64,000 nt of DNA from an uncultured Chloroflexia bacterium (GTDB taxonomy: Bacteria > Chloroflexota > Limnocylindria > Limnocylindrales > CSP1-4): NCBI GenBank assembly GCA_963746845.1, contig CAVVCZ010000004.1:1152001-1216000 (forward strand). Reading direction: 5' to 3'. This document shows, piece by piece, positions 1 to 9,205 of this stretch. Every line of letters starts with the position of its first letter. Position 1 is the stretch's first letter. Both the position numbers and the translations under genes were made by a program. The notes beneath the pieces are model-generated. The model had not been told where the DNA came from. It did no database searches and saw only the letters and a list, made by a program, of their open reading frames with translations.

Positions 1-1
1 C

Positions 2-532
2 GAGCGTCACGAGACCGGCGATGACCCGGTCCTGGATGTCGGTCGAGCCGAAGAGCTTGGCGTTCTTGGTCGTCCCGAAGCTGGTGTAGACGAGATCCAC
101 CCGGCGGTGTCGCTCGTGGGCGTCCGCGATGATCGCCTTCCCGATCGGACCCGTGATCTTCTTCGCGCCGTTCTGGGTCATGACGATCGTGCCCTTCCCG
201 GAGTGCGTCACCGAGAACAGCGCGACGGTGCTGACGTCGATGGTCGCGAGGTGGGCGACGATGGTCCCGTCCATCTCCCAGTACGGGATGAAGCCGTACA
301 CCTCGTGGCCCGGAACGGGAACGGCCGACGGGTTCGCCGACTCCGCCGCGGTCGTCGAGCCGTCCGGGTTCGCCGACGGCCCCGGGCCCGTCCCGAGGAG
401 CATCGACGACCCGGCGAGGGCGAGGATCCCGGCCCCGGCGATCGCCACCGCGATCCCGGCCAGCCGGACGGTCGGGCCGCCGATCGAACGGGGTGGGGTC
501 GGGCCGGCCATCGCGCGTCGGCTCCGTCTCAT
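2..532 (-). CDS. Secreted/anchored glycoside hydrolase family 18-like protein (N-terminal part; runs off window edge)
   Basis: Manual translation (not in ORF track): ATG at 532 (alt. 511), hydrophobic segment LAGIAVAIAGAGILALAG, P/S/T linker, then HEVYGFIPYWEMD...VSTVALFSV, resembling GH18 N-termini. The catalytic DxDxE motif would lie beyond the edge. Confidence 0.55.
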   Translation of the reverse strand, partial: MRRSRRAMAGPTPPRSIGGPTVRLAGIAVAIAGAGILALAGSSMLLGTGPGPSANPDGSTTAAESANPSAVPVPGHEVYGFIPYWEMDGTIVAHLATIDVSTVALFSVTHSGKGTIVMTQNGAKKITGPIGKAIIADAHERHRRVDLVYTSFGTTKNAKLFGSTDIQDRVIAGLVTL

Positions 533-704
533 CCGGTCCAGTCTGCCCTGCCGGCGCAAATCGGGCCGCCGGCGTCGGTCTCGCCTTCCCCAGGTCTCCG
601 CCCCGCGCTCACACCCGCTCCACACTCGCCGACGAGGATCCGGTCATCGAAACGCGCCCGGCCGAGCGGTCGGGAGGCACCACGCACACGGAGCTCGCCC
701 GCCC

Positions 705-1160
705 ATGAACGGTCGCACCATCGCCCAGTTCCTCCTCGTCGTCTTCCTCGTCTTCGGGGCGATCGGACTCGGCGTCACCGCCTACAACGCCGGCGTCACC
801 CAGGGTCTCGCCCAGACCGGGACGGTGGCCGTCGCGCCGATCGGACCCGTCGCCGTCGCGCCGTACGCCGGCTGGGGCTGGGGGTTCGGCCCCGGCTTCG
901 GCTTCTTCGGTTTCCTCGGCGGTCTGCTGTTCCTGTTCCTGCTGTTCGGACTGATCCGGGCGGCGTTCGGCCCGCGCAGGGGCTGGGGCGGCCATCGCCA
1001 CGGCTGGGGACCCGGCGGCTACTCCGGCGGCTGGACCGATGAGACGGGCCGGACGTGGGAGGACCGCGCTCGCGAGGTCCACGACGGCTGGCACCGGGCC
1101 CATCCCGACGCACCCACCGGCACCGGACCGTCCGGACCGGACCGCCCGACGGCCGGCTGA
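705..1160 (+). CDS. Small Gly/Trp-rich membrane protein
   Basis: ATG at 705 after GGAG; MNGRTIAQFLLVV...; two hydrophobic segments; GWGWGFGPGFGFFG; directly upstream of a two-component system. Confidence 0.75.
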   Translation: MNGRTIAQFLLVVFLVFGAIGLGVTAYNAGVTQGLAQTGTVAVAPIGPVAVAPYAGWGWGFGPGFGFFGFLGGLLFLFLLFGLIRAAFGPRRGWGGHRHGWGPGGYSGGWTDETGRTWEDRAREVHDGWHRAHPDAPTGTGPSGPDRPTAG

Positions 1161-1191
1161 CCCCGGCAGATCGGCTCCTCCCCTCTCCCAC

Positions 1192-1221
1192 GGCGCCGGG
1201 TCCCGGCCGGGACCCGGCGCC
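1192..1221. repeat. Perfect 30-bp palindrome (hairpin or operator)
   Basis: GGCGCCGGGTCCCGGCCGGGACCCGGCGCC equals its own reverse complement; intergenic; no U-tract. Confidence 0.7.
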
Positions 1222-1243
1222 TCCGCGTCCCTAGGATGGCGTC

Positions 1244-1936
1244 ATGAAAACGATCCTCGTCGTCGACGACGAGCCACGGATCGCGGAGCTCGCCCGCGAC
1301 TACCTCGAGCACGCCGGCTTCGGCGTCCGGATCGCGGCCACCGGCGAGGCCGCGCTGCAGGCGGTCCGTCGCGACCGGCCGGACCTCGTCGTCCTCGATC
1401 TGGGCCTGCCCGGGATCGACGGGCTGGACGTGACCCGCTCGATCCGGCGGGACTCGAGCCTGCCGGTGATCATGCTGACCGCTCGCGACGACGAGCTGGA
1501 CAAGCTGCTCGGCCTCGAGCTCGGCGCAGACGACTACCTGACGAAGCCGTTCAGCCCGCGTGAGCTGGTGGCCCGGGTCCGAGCCGTCCTGCGCCGCACC
1601 GACGCCTCGGCCGAGCGGTCGGCCGACGAGGTGATCCGCGCCGGCGACGTCACCCTGGACGTCGCGCGAATGCGGACCGAGGTGGACGGGCGGGCGGTGG
1701 ACTTGACGCCAACCGAGTTCACGCTGCTCGCGGCACTGGCCCGTCAGCCGGGCCGGATCTTCACCCGCTCGCAGCTCCTCGACGCGGTCCACGGCGTGGC
1801 CTTCGAATCGTACGAGCGGGCGATCGACACTCACATCAAGAACATCCGCCGGAAGCTCGAGCCGGATCCGCGCCGGCCGGTCCACATCCTGACTGTCTAT
1901 GGCGTCGGTTACCGGCTCGCGGACGAGCGGACGTGA
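1244..1936 (+). CDS. OmpR/PhoB-family response regulator (BaeR-like)
   Basis: ILVVDDE, LDLGLP (phospho-Asp), GADDYLTKPF, winged helix with IDTHIKNIRRK and TVYGVGY. Confidence 0.95.
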   Translation: MKTILVVDDEPRIAELARDYLEHAGFGVRIAATGEAALQAVRRDRPDLVVLDLGLPGIDGLDVTRSIRRDSSLPVIMLTARDDELDKLLGLELGADDYLTKPFSPRELVARVRAVLRRTDASAERSADEVIRAGDVTLDVARMRTEVDGRAVDLTPTEFTLLAALARQPGRIFTRSQLLDAVHGVAFESYERAIDTHIKNIRRKLEPDPRRPVHILTVYGVGYRLADERT

Positions 1937-3183
1937 CCGCACCGCCGCCAGAGCCCGCCCACCCGCCGGACCCCCACGATCGCGCGGCACGCCAGCGCCA
2001 GATGTGGGAGGCCCGCGAGGTCCAGCGCTATCGACGCCAGATGCGCCGCCGTGGGCCATGGGGTCCCGGCTGGCACGAGCCACGGCCCGGGTGGTGGCCC
2101 GCCGAGGAGCCGTGGCCGCCGGTCTCGCAAGGCCGCCCGTGGCGGGGGTTCGGCTGCCTCTTCGGGCTCCTGTTCGTCGTCGGCATCCTCGGCATCCTGG
2201 CGCTCGCGACACGGTTCGTCGGCGACATCCTCGACGCTCCCGGCGTCCCGGGGACCGTCATCCGTCTCGCGGCCCTCCTCATGCTCGTCGCGATCGTCGC
2301 CGGCCTCATCCGCGGCGGCCGGGCGATCCGGGGCACCGGCTCCGTCTTGGACGAGCTCGTCGCCCAGGTCGCCCGGGTCGAGGCCGGTGACTACACGGCC
2401 CGGGTCGAGCCGGCCGGCCCGGTGCCGGACCCGGTCCGGAACCTGACCCGCGGCTTCAACACGATGGCTGCGCGGCTCGAGGCGGACGAGGCCCAGCGGC
2501 GAAGCCTGCTCGCCGACGTCACCCACGAGCTCCGGACCCCGCTGGCGGTCGTCCAGGGCAACGTCGAGGCGATCCTCGACGGGGTCCACCCCGCCGACGA
2601 GGCCCATCTCGGGGCGATCCTCGAGGAGACGCGCGTCCTCGGGCGGCTCGTCGACGACCTCCGGACCCTCGCCCTGAGCGAGGCCGGCTCGCTGTCGCTC
2701 CACCGGGAGCCGACGGATCTCGACGTCCTGTGCGCCGACGTCGCGACCTCGTTCGCCGCCGCCGCCGAGACCGCGGGGGTCGCGATCGAGACCTCGGTCG
2801 GGGACGACGTTCCGCTCGTCGACGTGGATCCGGTGCGGATCCGCGAGGTCATCGCCAATCTCGTCGGAAATGCGCTCCGACATACCCCGGTCGGCGGACG
2901 GATCACGATCGCCGCGCGCCGCACGAACGGGGAACCGGCGGCCGCGCCGGGCCTGCCGCCCGGCGTCGAGATCGTCGTCCGCGACACCGGACCCGGCATC
3001 GACCCCGGGCTGCTGCCGCACGTCTTCGAGCGCTTCGCGCGCGGTGCGGACTCGACGGGCACCGGTCTCGGGCTCTCGATCGCGCGCGGGCTCGTGGAGC
3101 TGCACGGGGGGACGATCGCGGCCGCCTCACCGCCCGGCGGGGGGACCGAGATCCGGATCACGCTCCCCCTCGACCGTCCCTGA
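1933..3183 (+). CDS. HAMP-domain sensor histidine kinase (BaeS-like)
   Basis: Two TM helices, HAMP, H-box THELRTPL, N-box NLVGNALRH, DTGPGI, GTGLGLSI; GTGA overlap with the regulator. Confidence 0.95.
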   Translation: MTAPPPEPAHPPDPHDRAARQRQMWEAREVQRYRRQMRRRGPWGPGWHEPRPGWWPAEEPWPPVSQGRPWRGFGCLFGLLFVVGILGILALATRFVGDILDAPGVPGTVIRLAALLMLVAIVAGLIRGGRAIRGTGSVLDELVAQVARVEAGDYTARVEPAGPVPDPVRNLTRGFNTMAARLEADEAQRRSLLADVTHELRTPLAVVQGNVEAILDGVHPADEAHLGAILEETRVLGRLVDDLRTLALSEAGSLSLHREPTDLDVLCADVATSFAAAAETAGVAIETSVGDDVPLVDVDPVRIREVIANLVGNALRHTPVGGRITIAARRTNGEPAAAPGLPPGVEIVVRDTGPGIDPGLLPHVFERFARGADSTGTGLGLSIARGLVELHGGTIAAASPPGGGTEIRITLPLDRP

Positions 3184-3276
3184 GGCCGCCCGCGGCGGCT
3201 GGCCCGTTCGTACTGGACCCGATCGCACCCGACGGCAGGGTTGCGCGATCGCACCACCCCCGGTCACCCTTGACCG

Positions 3277-4917
3277 ATGTTCCGACGACTGCGCGCCCCC
3301 AGTCGATCGATGCCGCTCGCCGTGCTCGCCGCGGCCGCGTTCATCGCCATCTCCGCGCTCCCGGCCGCGGCGGCCAACTTCCCGGCCAAGGACTCGCTCT
3401 ACCACTCCTACACGGAGATGGTGGCCGACATCCAGGCCGTGGAGACGGCCCATCCCGACATCGTCCACGTCTTCAGCATCGGGAAGAGCTACCAGGGCCG
3501 CGACATCTGGGCGGCCAAGATCAGCGACAACGTCGCCGACGACGAGGCGGAGCCGGAGGTCCTGTTCGACGCCCTCCACCATGCCCGCGAGCACCTCACC
3601 GTCGAGCAGGCGCTCTACCTGTTCCACCTCCTGGCCGACAACTACGGCACGGACACCCAGATCACCAACCTGGTCAACAGCCGGGAGATCTGGATCATCT
3701 TCGCCGTCAACCCGGACGGGTTCGAGTACGACCTGACCTGCACCGGCAGCAGCCACCCGCCGTACTGCGCCTGGCGCAAGAACCGCCAGCCGAACGCCGG
3801 CTCCAGCGCGATCGGGACGGACCTGAACCGGAACTACGACTACCTCTGGGCCTGCTGCGGAGGCTCTTCCGGGACGAAGTCGTCGATCACCTACCGTGGC
3901 CCGAAGGCGTTCTCCGCGCCGGAGACGCGCGCCCTCAGCACCTTCGTCCGGAGCCGGGTCATCGGCGGGATCCAGCAGATCAAGGCCCACATCACGTTCC
4001 ACACCAACGGCCAGCTGATCCTGTGGCCGTACGGCCACACGAAGACCGACGTCCCGTCCGACATGACCCTGTTCGACCACCAGGTGTTCGTGGCGATCGG
4101 CAAGGCGATGGCGGCCCGGAACGGCTACAAGGCCGAGCAGTCGAGCGACTTGTACATCACCGATGGCGACCAGATCGACTGGATGTACGGCCGCCAGCGG
4201 ATCTTCTCGTACACGATCGAGCTCTATCCGCCCGAGACCCCGACGGTGTGGGGCGATCACTACCCGCCGGACGAGCGGATCGCGACCGCCACCGCCCACA
4301 ACAAGACCGCGCTCCTCTACTTCCTGACCGTGGCCGGCTGCCCGTACTCGGCCATCGGCCGGACACGGCCCGACTGCGGGTCCTTCTTCGACGACTTCGA
4401 GATCGGCCGGGGCTGGGTCGTCAACCCGGACGGCACGGACACTGCCCGGAGCACGTCGCGCTTCGCCCGCGGCAACCCCGCCCCGACGGCCGCGGGCTCG
4501 CGGAAGATCCAGCTTGACGGGACCGCGTCCGGCCGCTACGCGATGATCACCGGCACGACAGCCGGGTCGTCGGCGAACACCAACGATCTGGACGGCACCT
4601 CGACGATCCGCGGCCCCCAGATCCAGCTGCCGGCCACCGTCGGGCCCGCCTCGTTCCGCTATGTCTTCGCCCACGGTCCGAGCAGCTCGGCCGACTCCCT
4701 GAAGGCGTACATCGAGGACGAGAGCGGGGCCCGGACGCTCGTGTGGTCGAAGCTCGGGACCTCGAGCACGGTGGGCGGGGCCTGGACCCGCGCATCGTTC
4801 TCGCTGTCGCCGTGGGCGGACCAGAAGGTCCGGCTCGTCTTCCGGGCGACGGACGGCGGTCACGACAGCCTCGTCGAGGTCGGCATCGACGACGTGAGGT
4901 TCGAGCGGCCGTACTGA
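3277..4917 (+). CDS. Secreted M14 zinc carboxypeptidase (carboxypeptidase T-like) with C-terminal beta-sandwich domain
   Basis: Signal peptide; HAREH, NPDG, WRKN, DLNRNY, FH and TIEL motifs; alternative start 3310. Confidence 0.9.
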   Translation: MFRRLRAPSRSMPLAVLAAAAFIAISALPAAAANFPAKDSLYHSYTEMVADIQAVETAHPDIVHVFSIGKSYQGRDIWAAKISDNVADDEAEPEVLFDALHHAREHLTVEQALYLFHLLADNYGTDTQITNLVNSREIWIIFAVNPDGFEYDLTCTGSSHPPYCAWRKNRQPNAGSSAIGTDLNRNYDYLWACCGGSSGTKSSITYRGPKAFSAPETRALSTFVRSRVIGGIQQIKAHITFHTNGQLILWPYGHTKTDVPSDMTLFDHQVFVAIGKAMAARNGYKAEQSSDLYITDGDQIDWMYGRQRIFSYTIELYPPETPTVWGDHYPPDERIATATAHNKTALLYFLTVAGCPYSAIGRTRPDCGSFFDDFEIGRGWVVNPDGTDTARSTSRFARGNPAPTAAGSRKIQLDGTASGRYAMITGTTAGSSANTNDLDGTSTIRGPQIQLPATVGPASFRYVFAHGPSSSADSLKAYIEDESGARTLVWSKLGTSSTVGGAWTRASFSLSPWADQKVRLVFRATDGGHDSLVEVGIDDVRFERPY

Positions 4918-5001
4918 CCGGGGAACCGCATCGCATGACCCGACGTCAAGGGCCGCAACCACGCCGGCCCGGATGGGCGGGCAGCCCCGGAGGGCGATGC
5001 G

Positions 5002-6090
5002 ATGCGGAACCTTCGAATTGGTCATGGCCGGCCCGGACGCGGTGGACGCGTCGCCGTCGGCGTGTCGACCGCCGCGCTGGCGGTCTTCCTGGCGGCGACG
5101 CCGGCTCTCGCCTGCGGCGGGCTGATCGGGCCGAACGGCGCGGTCAACCTGCTCCGGACGACGACCTTCGCCGGCTACCACGACGGCGTCGAGCACTACG
5201 TCACCGCGTTCCAGTTCGCGGGCGGCGGCGGCGCCTTCGGCTCGATCACGCCGCTCCCCGGGGTCCCGACGAGCGTTGAGAAGGGCGGCGACTGGACCCT
5301 CCAGCGACTCATCCGCGAGACCAACCCGATCCTCGCCGAGGATGCGCTCCGCCTCGCGGCTCCGGCGGCCAGCGGCGGCGCCGTCGAGCTGATGACGGTG
5401 AAGATCGACGCGCTCGACATCACCGTCCTCAAGGGCGGCGCGGCGGACATCGGCCAATGGGCGACGGCCCACGGCTTCCGGCTCCCGCCGGACGCCCCCG
5501 AGGTGCTCGACTTCTACGCCCAGCGCAGCCCGATCTTCCTCGCGGCGGCGTTCGATGCGGACGCGGCGCAGGCGCGCGGCCAGCAGGTCGGCGACGGGAC
5601 GCCCGTCCACATCACGATCCCGACGAAGAACCCCTGGGTCCCGCTCCGGATCCTCGCCCTCGGCAAGACCGGCCAGGAGGCCGTCCAGGCGGACGTCTAC
5701 CTCCTGACCGACCACGCCCCGGCGCTCCTGCCCGTGCCGAACGGCTCGAACGGCATCCGGCTGGATGCGAGCGAGACGGCGTCGGACAGCCTCCTGTCCG
5801 ACCTCCGGTCCGACCGCGGGATGGACTGGGTCCCGGCCTCGGGCTGGCTGACGAAGGTCGCGGTCGACGGGACCGCCGGGCAGATCGGCTATGACCTGGC
5901 CGTCGACGCCTCCGGGCGGAACCGGCCGTCGGCGGTCGACGCCGGGCTCGCGATGCCGTCGTCGGCGCCGCTGGCCCAGGCGACCGACCTGAGCCGGCTG
6001 CTCCTCGCCCTCGCCTTCGTCGCGATGGGCCTGGTCGGCGTCGCGTTTATCGGATCGTCGCGGGTCGGGCAGCGTCCTGCCGGCTCGTGA
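5002..6090 (+). CDS. DUF2330-like exported protein with C-terminal TM anchor
   Basis: Signal peptide ending ALA-CGG; HYVTAFQF, FGSITPLPGVP, WATAHGF, WVPLRILALGK; C-terminal hydrophobic helix. Family call is from recall. Confidence 0.6.
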   Translation: MRNLRIGHGRPGRGGRVAVGVSTAALAVFLAATPALACGGLIGPNGAVNLLRTTTFAGYHDGVEHYVTAFQFAGGGGAFGSITPLPGVPTSVEKGGDWTLQRLIRETNPILAEDALRLAAPAASGGAVELMTVKIDALDITVLKGGAADIGQWATAHGFRLPPDAPEVLDFYAQRSPIFLAAAFDADAAQARGQQVGDGTPVHITIPTKNPWVPLRILALGKTGQEAVQADVYLLTDHAPALLPVPNGSNGIRLDASETASDSLLSDLRSDRGMDWVPASGWLTKVAVDGTAGQIGYDLAVDASGRNRPSAVDAGLAMPSSAPLAQATDLSRLLLALAFVAMGLVGVAFIGSSRVGQRPAGS

Positions 6091-6575
6091 AGCGGCGGCG
6101 GCAGGTGGCGCATCGGCCCACCCGCCGCCCCAACGGGAGACGGATGATGGGCTCACGACGCGCGATCCTCGGGCTCGGGTTCGGGCTTCTGCTCGCCGGT
6201 GCGACCGCGATCGGGGCGAACGCGGTGGCACACGCCGATGATCCCCTCGTGATCCCGATCACGATCCACTTCTCGCACTACGACCCCGCCGCGGTGACCG
6301 TCCCGGTCGGGCGCGCCGTCACCTTCGTCATCACCAACACCGACCCGATCGACCATGAGTGGATCGTCGGCGACACCGCCCTGCACGAGCGGCATCGGAC
6401 GGGCACGGAGCCCGTCCACAACGCCCGTCCGACCGAGATCACGATCCCGGCCCGGTCGGAGCGCCGGACGACCGTGACCTTCGCGAGCCCGGGCGCGCTC
6501 CAGTACATCTGCCACCTCCCGGGCCACGAGGCGTACGGGATGGTCGGGACGGTCACGATCACGCCCGGCGGCTGA
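6087..6575 (+). CDS. Cupredoxin (plastocyanin/azurin family) type-1 copper protein
   Basis: Signal peptide; DHEW His plus CHLPGHEAYGM ligand loop; alternative ATG starts 6144/6147 after GGGAGA. Confidence 0.85.
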   Translation: MKRRRQVAHRPTRRPNGRRMMGSRRAILGLGFGLLLAGATAIGANAVAHADDPLVIPITIHFSHYDPAAVTVPVGRAVTFVITNTDPIDHEWIVGDTALHERHRTGTEPVHNARPTEITIPARSERRTTVTFASPGALQYICHLPGHEAYGMVGTVTITPGG

Positions 6576-6614
6576 GGGGACACCCGGCCCCTCGGGGCGT
6601 GCGATCCTGCGCCG

Positions 6615-7745
6615 GTGACTGCCGAGACCACGATCCGCGCCGCCGTCCTCGACGGGCCGGGCGTCCCCACCCGGATCGAGACGCTGACCCTCGCTCCGCC
6701 CGGGCCCCGCGAGGTCCGCGTGCGGATGGCCGCGGCGGGCGTCTGCCACTCCGACCTCCACGTCCGCGACGGCGAGTGGCAGCGCGAGGGCCCGATCGTC
6801 ATCGGCCACGAGGGCGCGGCGATCGTCGAGGCGCTCGGCGACGGCGTCGCGGACGCCTTCCCCGGGCTCCGTCCGGGCGTCCTCGTCGCGCTGTCGTGGC
6901 TGATCCCGTGCGGCCGCTGCCGCTCGTGCCGGGCCGGGCGGGTCTGGTCGTGCTCGGAGAGCCCGTCGTACACCCACCGGATGCCGAGCGGCAGACCGGC
7001 CCTTCGCGACGGTGCCGGACACGACGTGCTCACGTACTGCGCCATCGGCACGTTCGCCGAGCGCCAGAACGTGCCCGCGGCGGCCGCGATCCCGATGCCG
7101 GACGGCGTGCCGCCCGACGTGGCCGCGCTGATCGGGTGCTGCGTGACGACCGGTGTCGGTGCGGCCGTGAAGACCGCCGAGGTCCAGCCCGGCTCGAGCG
7201 TCGGGGTGATCGGGCTCGGCGGGGTCGGGCTGTCGTGCGTGATGGGCGCAGCGCTCGCCGGAGCGAGCCGGATCGTCGCGGTCGACCGCGTGGCGGCGAA
7301 GCTCGACCTGGCCCGCACCGTGGGGGCGACGGACGTCGTCCTGGCCGGCACCGATGGGGCGGGCACGATCGAGGCCATCCGGGAGCTGACCGACGGCGGT
7401 CCGGACACGTGCTTCGAGGCGATCGGGCTGCCCACGACGATCGAGATCGCGATCGCCTGCCTGCCGACGGGCGGGACCGCCTGTCTCGTCGGGATGACCC
7501 CGTTCGGCGTCCGGGCGTCGTTCGAGCCGTTCCCGTTCGTCGACGGCGGACGCCGGATCCTCGGCTCGAACTACGGCTCCGCGGACCCGGCCGCGGACTT
7601 CCCCCGCTACGCCGCGTGGCACCTGGCCGGACGACTGCCCGCCGACCGGCTCGTGACCGCCCGGATCGGACTTGATGACGTGGAGGTCGCGTTCGCGGCG
7701 ATGCGCCGCGGTGAGGGCGTTCGGTCCATCATCGGGTTCGACTGA
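6615..7745 (+). CDS. Zinc-dependent alcohol dehydrogenase (MDR family)
   Basis: CHSD, GHEG, CGRCRSC...C structural Zn site, GLGGVG. Confidence 0.92.
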   Translation: MTAETTIRAAVLDGPGVPTRIETLTLAPPGPREVRVRMAAAGVCHSDLHVRDGEWQREGPIVIGHEGAAIVEALGDGVADAFPGLRPGVLVALSWLIPCGRCRSCRAGRVWSCSESPSYTHRMPSGRPALRDGAGHDVLTYCAIGTFAERQNVPAAAAIPMPDGVPPDVAALIGCCVTTGVGAAVKTAEVQPGSSVGVIGLGGVGLSCVMGAALAGASRIVAVDRVAAKLDLARTVGATDVVLAGTDGAGTIEAIRELTDGGPDTCFEAIGLPTTIEIAIACLPTGGTACLVGMTPFGVRASFEPFPFVDGGRRILGSNYGSADPAADFPRYAAWHLAGRLPADRLVTARIGLDDVEVAFAAMRRGEGVRSIIGFD

Positions 7746-9189
7746 CCCCCGTCCGCCCGGTCTCCGGGGGGTCGTCGGGCGGGGCCGTGACGAGCGGGAT
7801 CGCCGACGGGAGAGCGGCCGCGACTCCCGGGTCCTCGATCTCCGGGACCAGGGGCTGACCGGTGATCAGCCGCGATCCGCGACCGTGGGTCAGGAAGCTC
7901 CACGCCCAGCGGACGACCACGATGATCCGGTTCGCGAAGCCGATCAGGTAGACGATGTGGATCCCGAGCCACAGGAACCAGGCCGCGAAGCCGGACTGCC
8001 GCCCGAACGGCCCGAGCCACGGGATGTCGGTCACGCCGGCGAGGCGACCGATCACCGCGACATCACCGCGGTTGAAGTACCGGAACGGCTTCATGGCGCG
8101 GCCGTCGAGACGGGCGCGGATCGTGCGCGCCGCGTAGGCGCCGCCCTGGATCGCGCCCTGGGCGACGCCGGGGACGGGCCGGTCCTTCTTCCACGGCTGG
8201 TGCGCCGCATCGCCGACGACGAAGATCTCCGGGTGGCCGGGCACGGTCAGGTCGCGCGCGACCTCGATCCGGCCGGACCGGTCGCGCGGGGCGCCGGTCG
8301 AATCGGCGACGACGCGCGAGAACGAGGAGGCCAGCACGCCGGCCGCCCACAGGATCGTCCCTGCCGCGACCCGTGTCCGTTCGCCGGCGGCGGTCTCGGT
8401 CACGACGAAGCGATCGCCGATCTCGACCACCCTCGTCCCCGTGTGGATCGTCACGCCGAGCCGCTCGAGCTGGCGGCACGCCGCTGTCGAGCGGTCCGGC
8501 GGGTACGTGCCGAGGACGCGAGGCTCGCCCTCCATCAGCAGGATTCGGGCCTGCCGCGTGTCGATCGAGCGGAAGTCGCGGTGGAGCGTGTCGTAGGCGA
8601 TCTCGCCGAGCGCCCCGGCCAGCTCGACCCCGGTCGGTCCGCCGCCGACGATGACGAACGTCAGCCACTCCGCGCGGCGATCCGGATCGTGCTCGCGCTC
8701 GGCCGCCTCGAAGGCGATGAGGATCCGTCGGCGCATCTCGAGCGCATCGTCGAGCGACTTCAAGCCGGGCGCGACTCGCGCCCAGTCGTCGTGGCCGAAC
8801 CAGGTGTGATGGGCACCCGTCGCCACGATGAGGCTGTCGTAGCCGAGGGTCCCACCGTCGTCGAGCCGGACCTCGCGCCGAATAGGATCCAGGCCCTTCG
8901 CTTCGCCGAGCAGGACCGTCGTGTTCGCGTGCTTCCGGAGGATGGATCGGAGCGGCTGGGCGATCTCCCCGGGCCCGAGGGCCCCGGTCGCGACCTGGTA
9001 GAGGAGCGGCGCGAACAGGTGATGGTTCCGGCGGTCGACGAGCGTCACGGCGACACGATCGTCCCTGCCGAGCTCGCGTGCCGCATAGAGGCCGCCGAAC
9101 CCGCCGCCGACGATCAGGACGCGATGCCGCGTGCTGCTCGACGGCATCGCGCCCGACGCCGGAGGGACGGCACGCACGTGCGCGGGCAC
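7729..9189 (-). CDS. ndh: Type II NADH dehydrogenase (NAD(P)/FAD oxidoreductase)
   Basis: GGGFGG, PLLYQVATG, VGGGPTGVELAG, GDAA, AQGAIQ; GTG at 9189 downstream of GGAGG (alt. ATG 9147). Confidence 0.9.
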   Translation of the reverse strand: MPAHVRAVPPASGAMPSSSTRHRVLIVGGGFGGLYAARELGRDDRVAVTLVDRRNHHLFAPLLYQVATGALGPGEIAQPLRSILRKHANTTVLLGEAKGLDPIRREVRLDDGGTLGYDSLIVATGAHHTWFGHDDWARVAPGLKSLDDALEMRRRILIAFEAAEREHDPDRRAEWLTFVIVGGGPTGVELAGALGEIAYDTLHRDFRSIDTRQARILLMEGEPRVLGTYPPDRSTAACRQLERLGVTIHTGTRVVEIGDRFVVTETAAGERTRVAAGTILWAAGVLASSFSRVVADSTGAPRDRSGRIEVARDLTVPGHPEIFVVGDAAHQPWKKDRPVPGVAQGAIQGGAYAARTIRARLDGRAMKPFRYFNRGDVAVIGRLAGVTDIPWLGPFGRQSGFAAWFLWLGIHIVYLIGFANRIIVVVRWAWSFLTHGRGSRLITGQPLVPEIEDPGVAAALPSAIPLVTAPPDDPPETGRTGVSRTR

Positions 9190-9205
9190 GACTTTCGCCC
9201 TCCGA

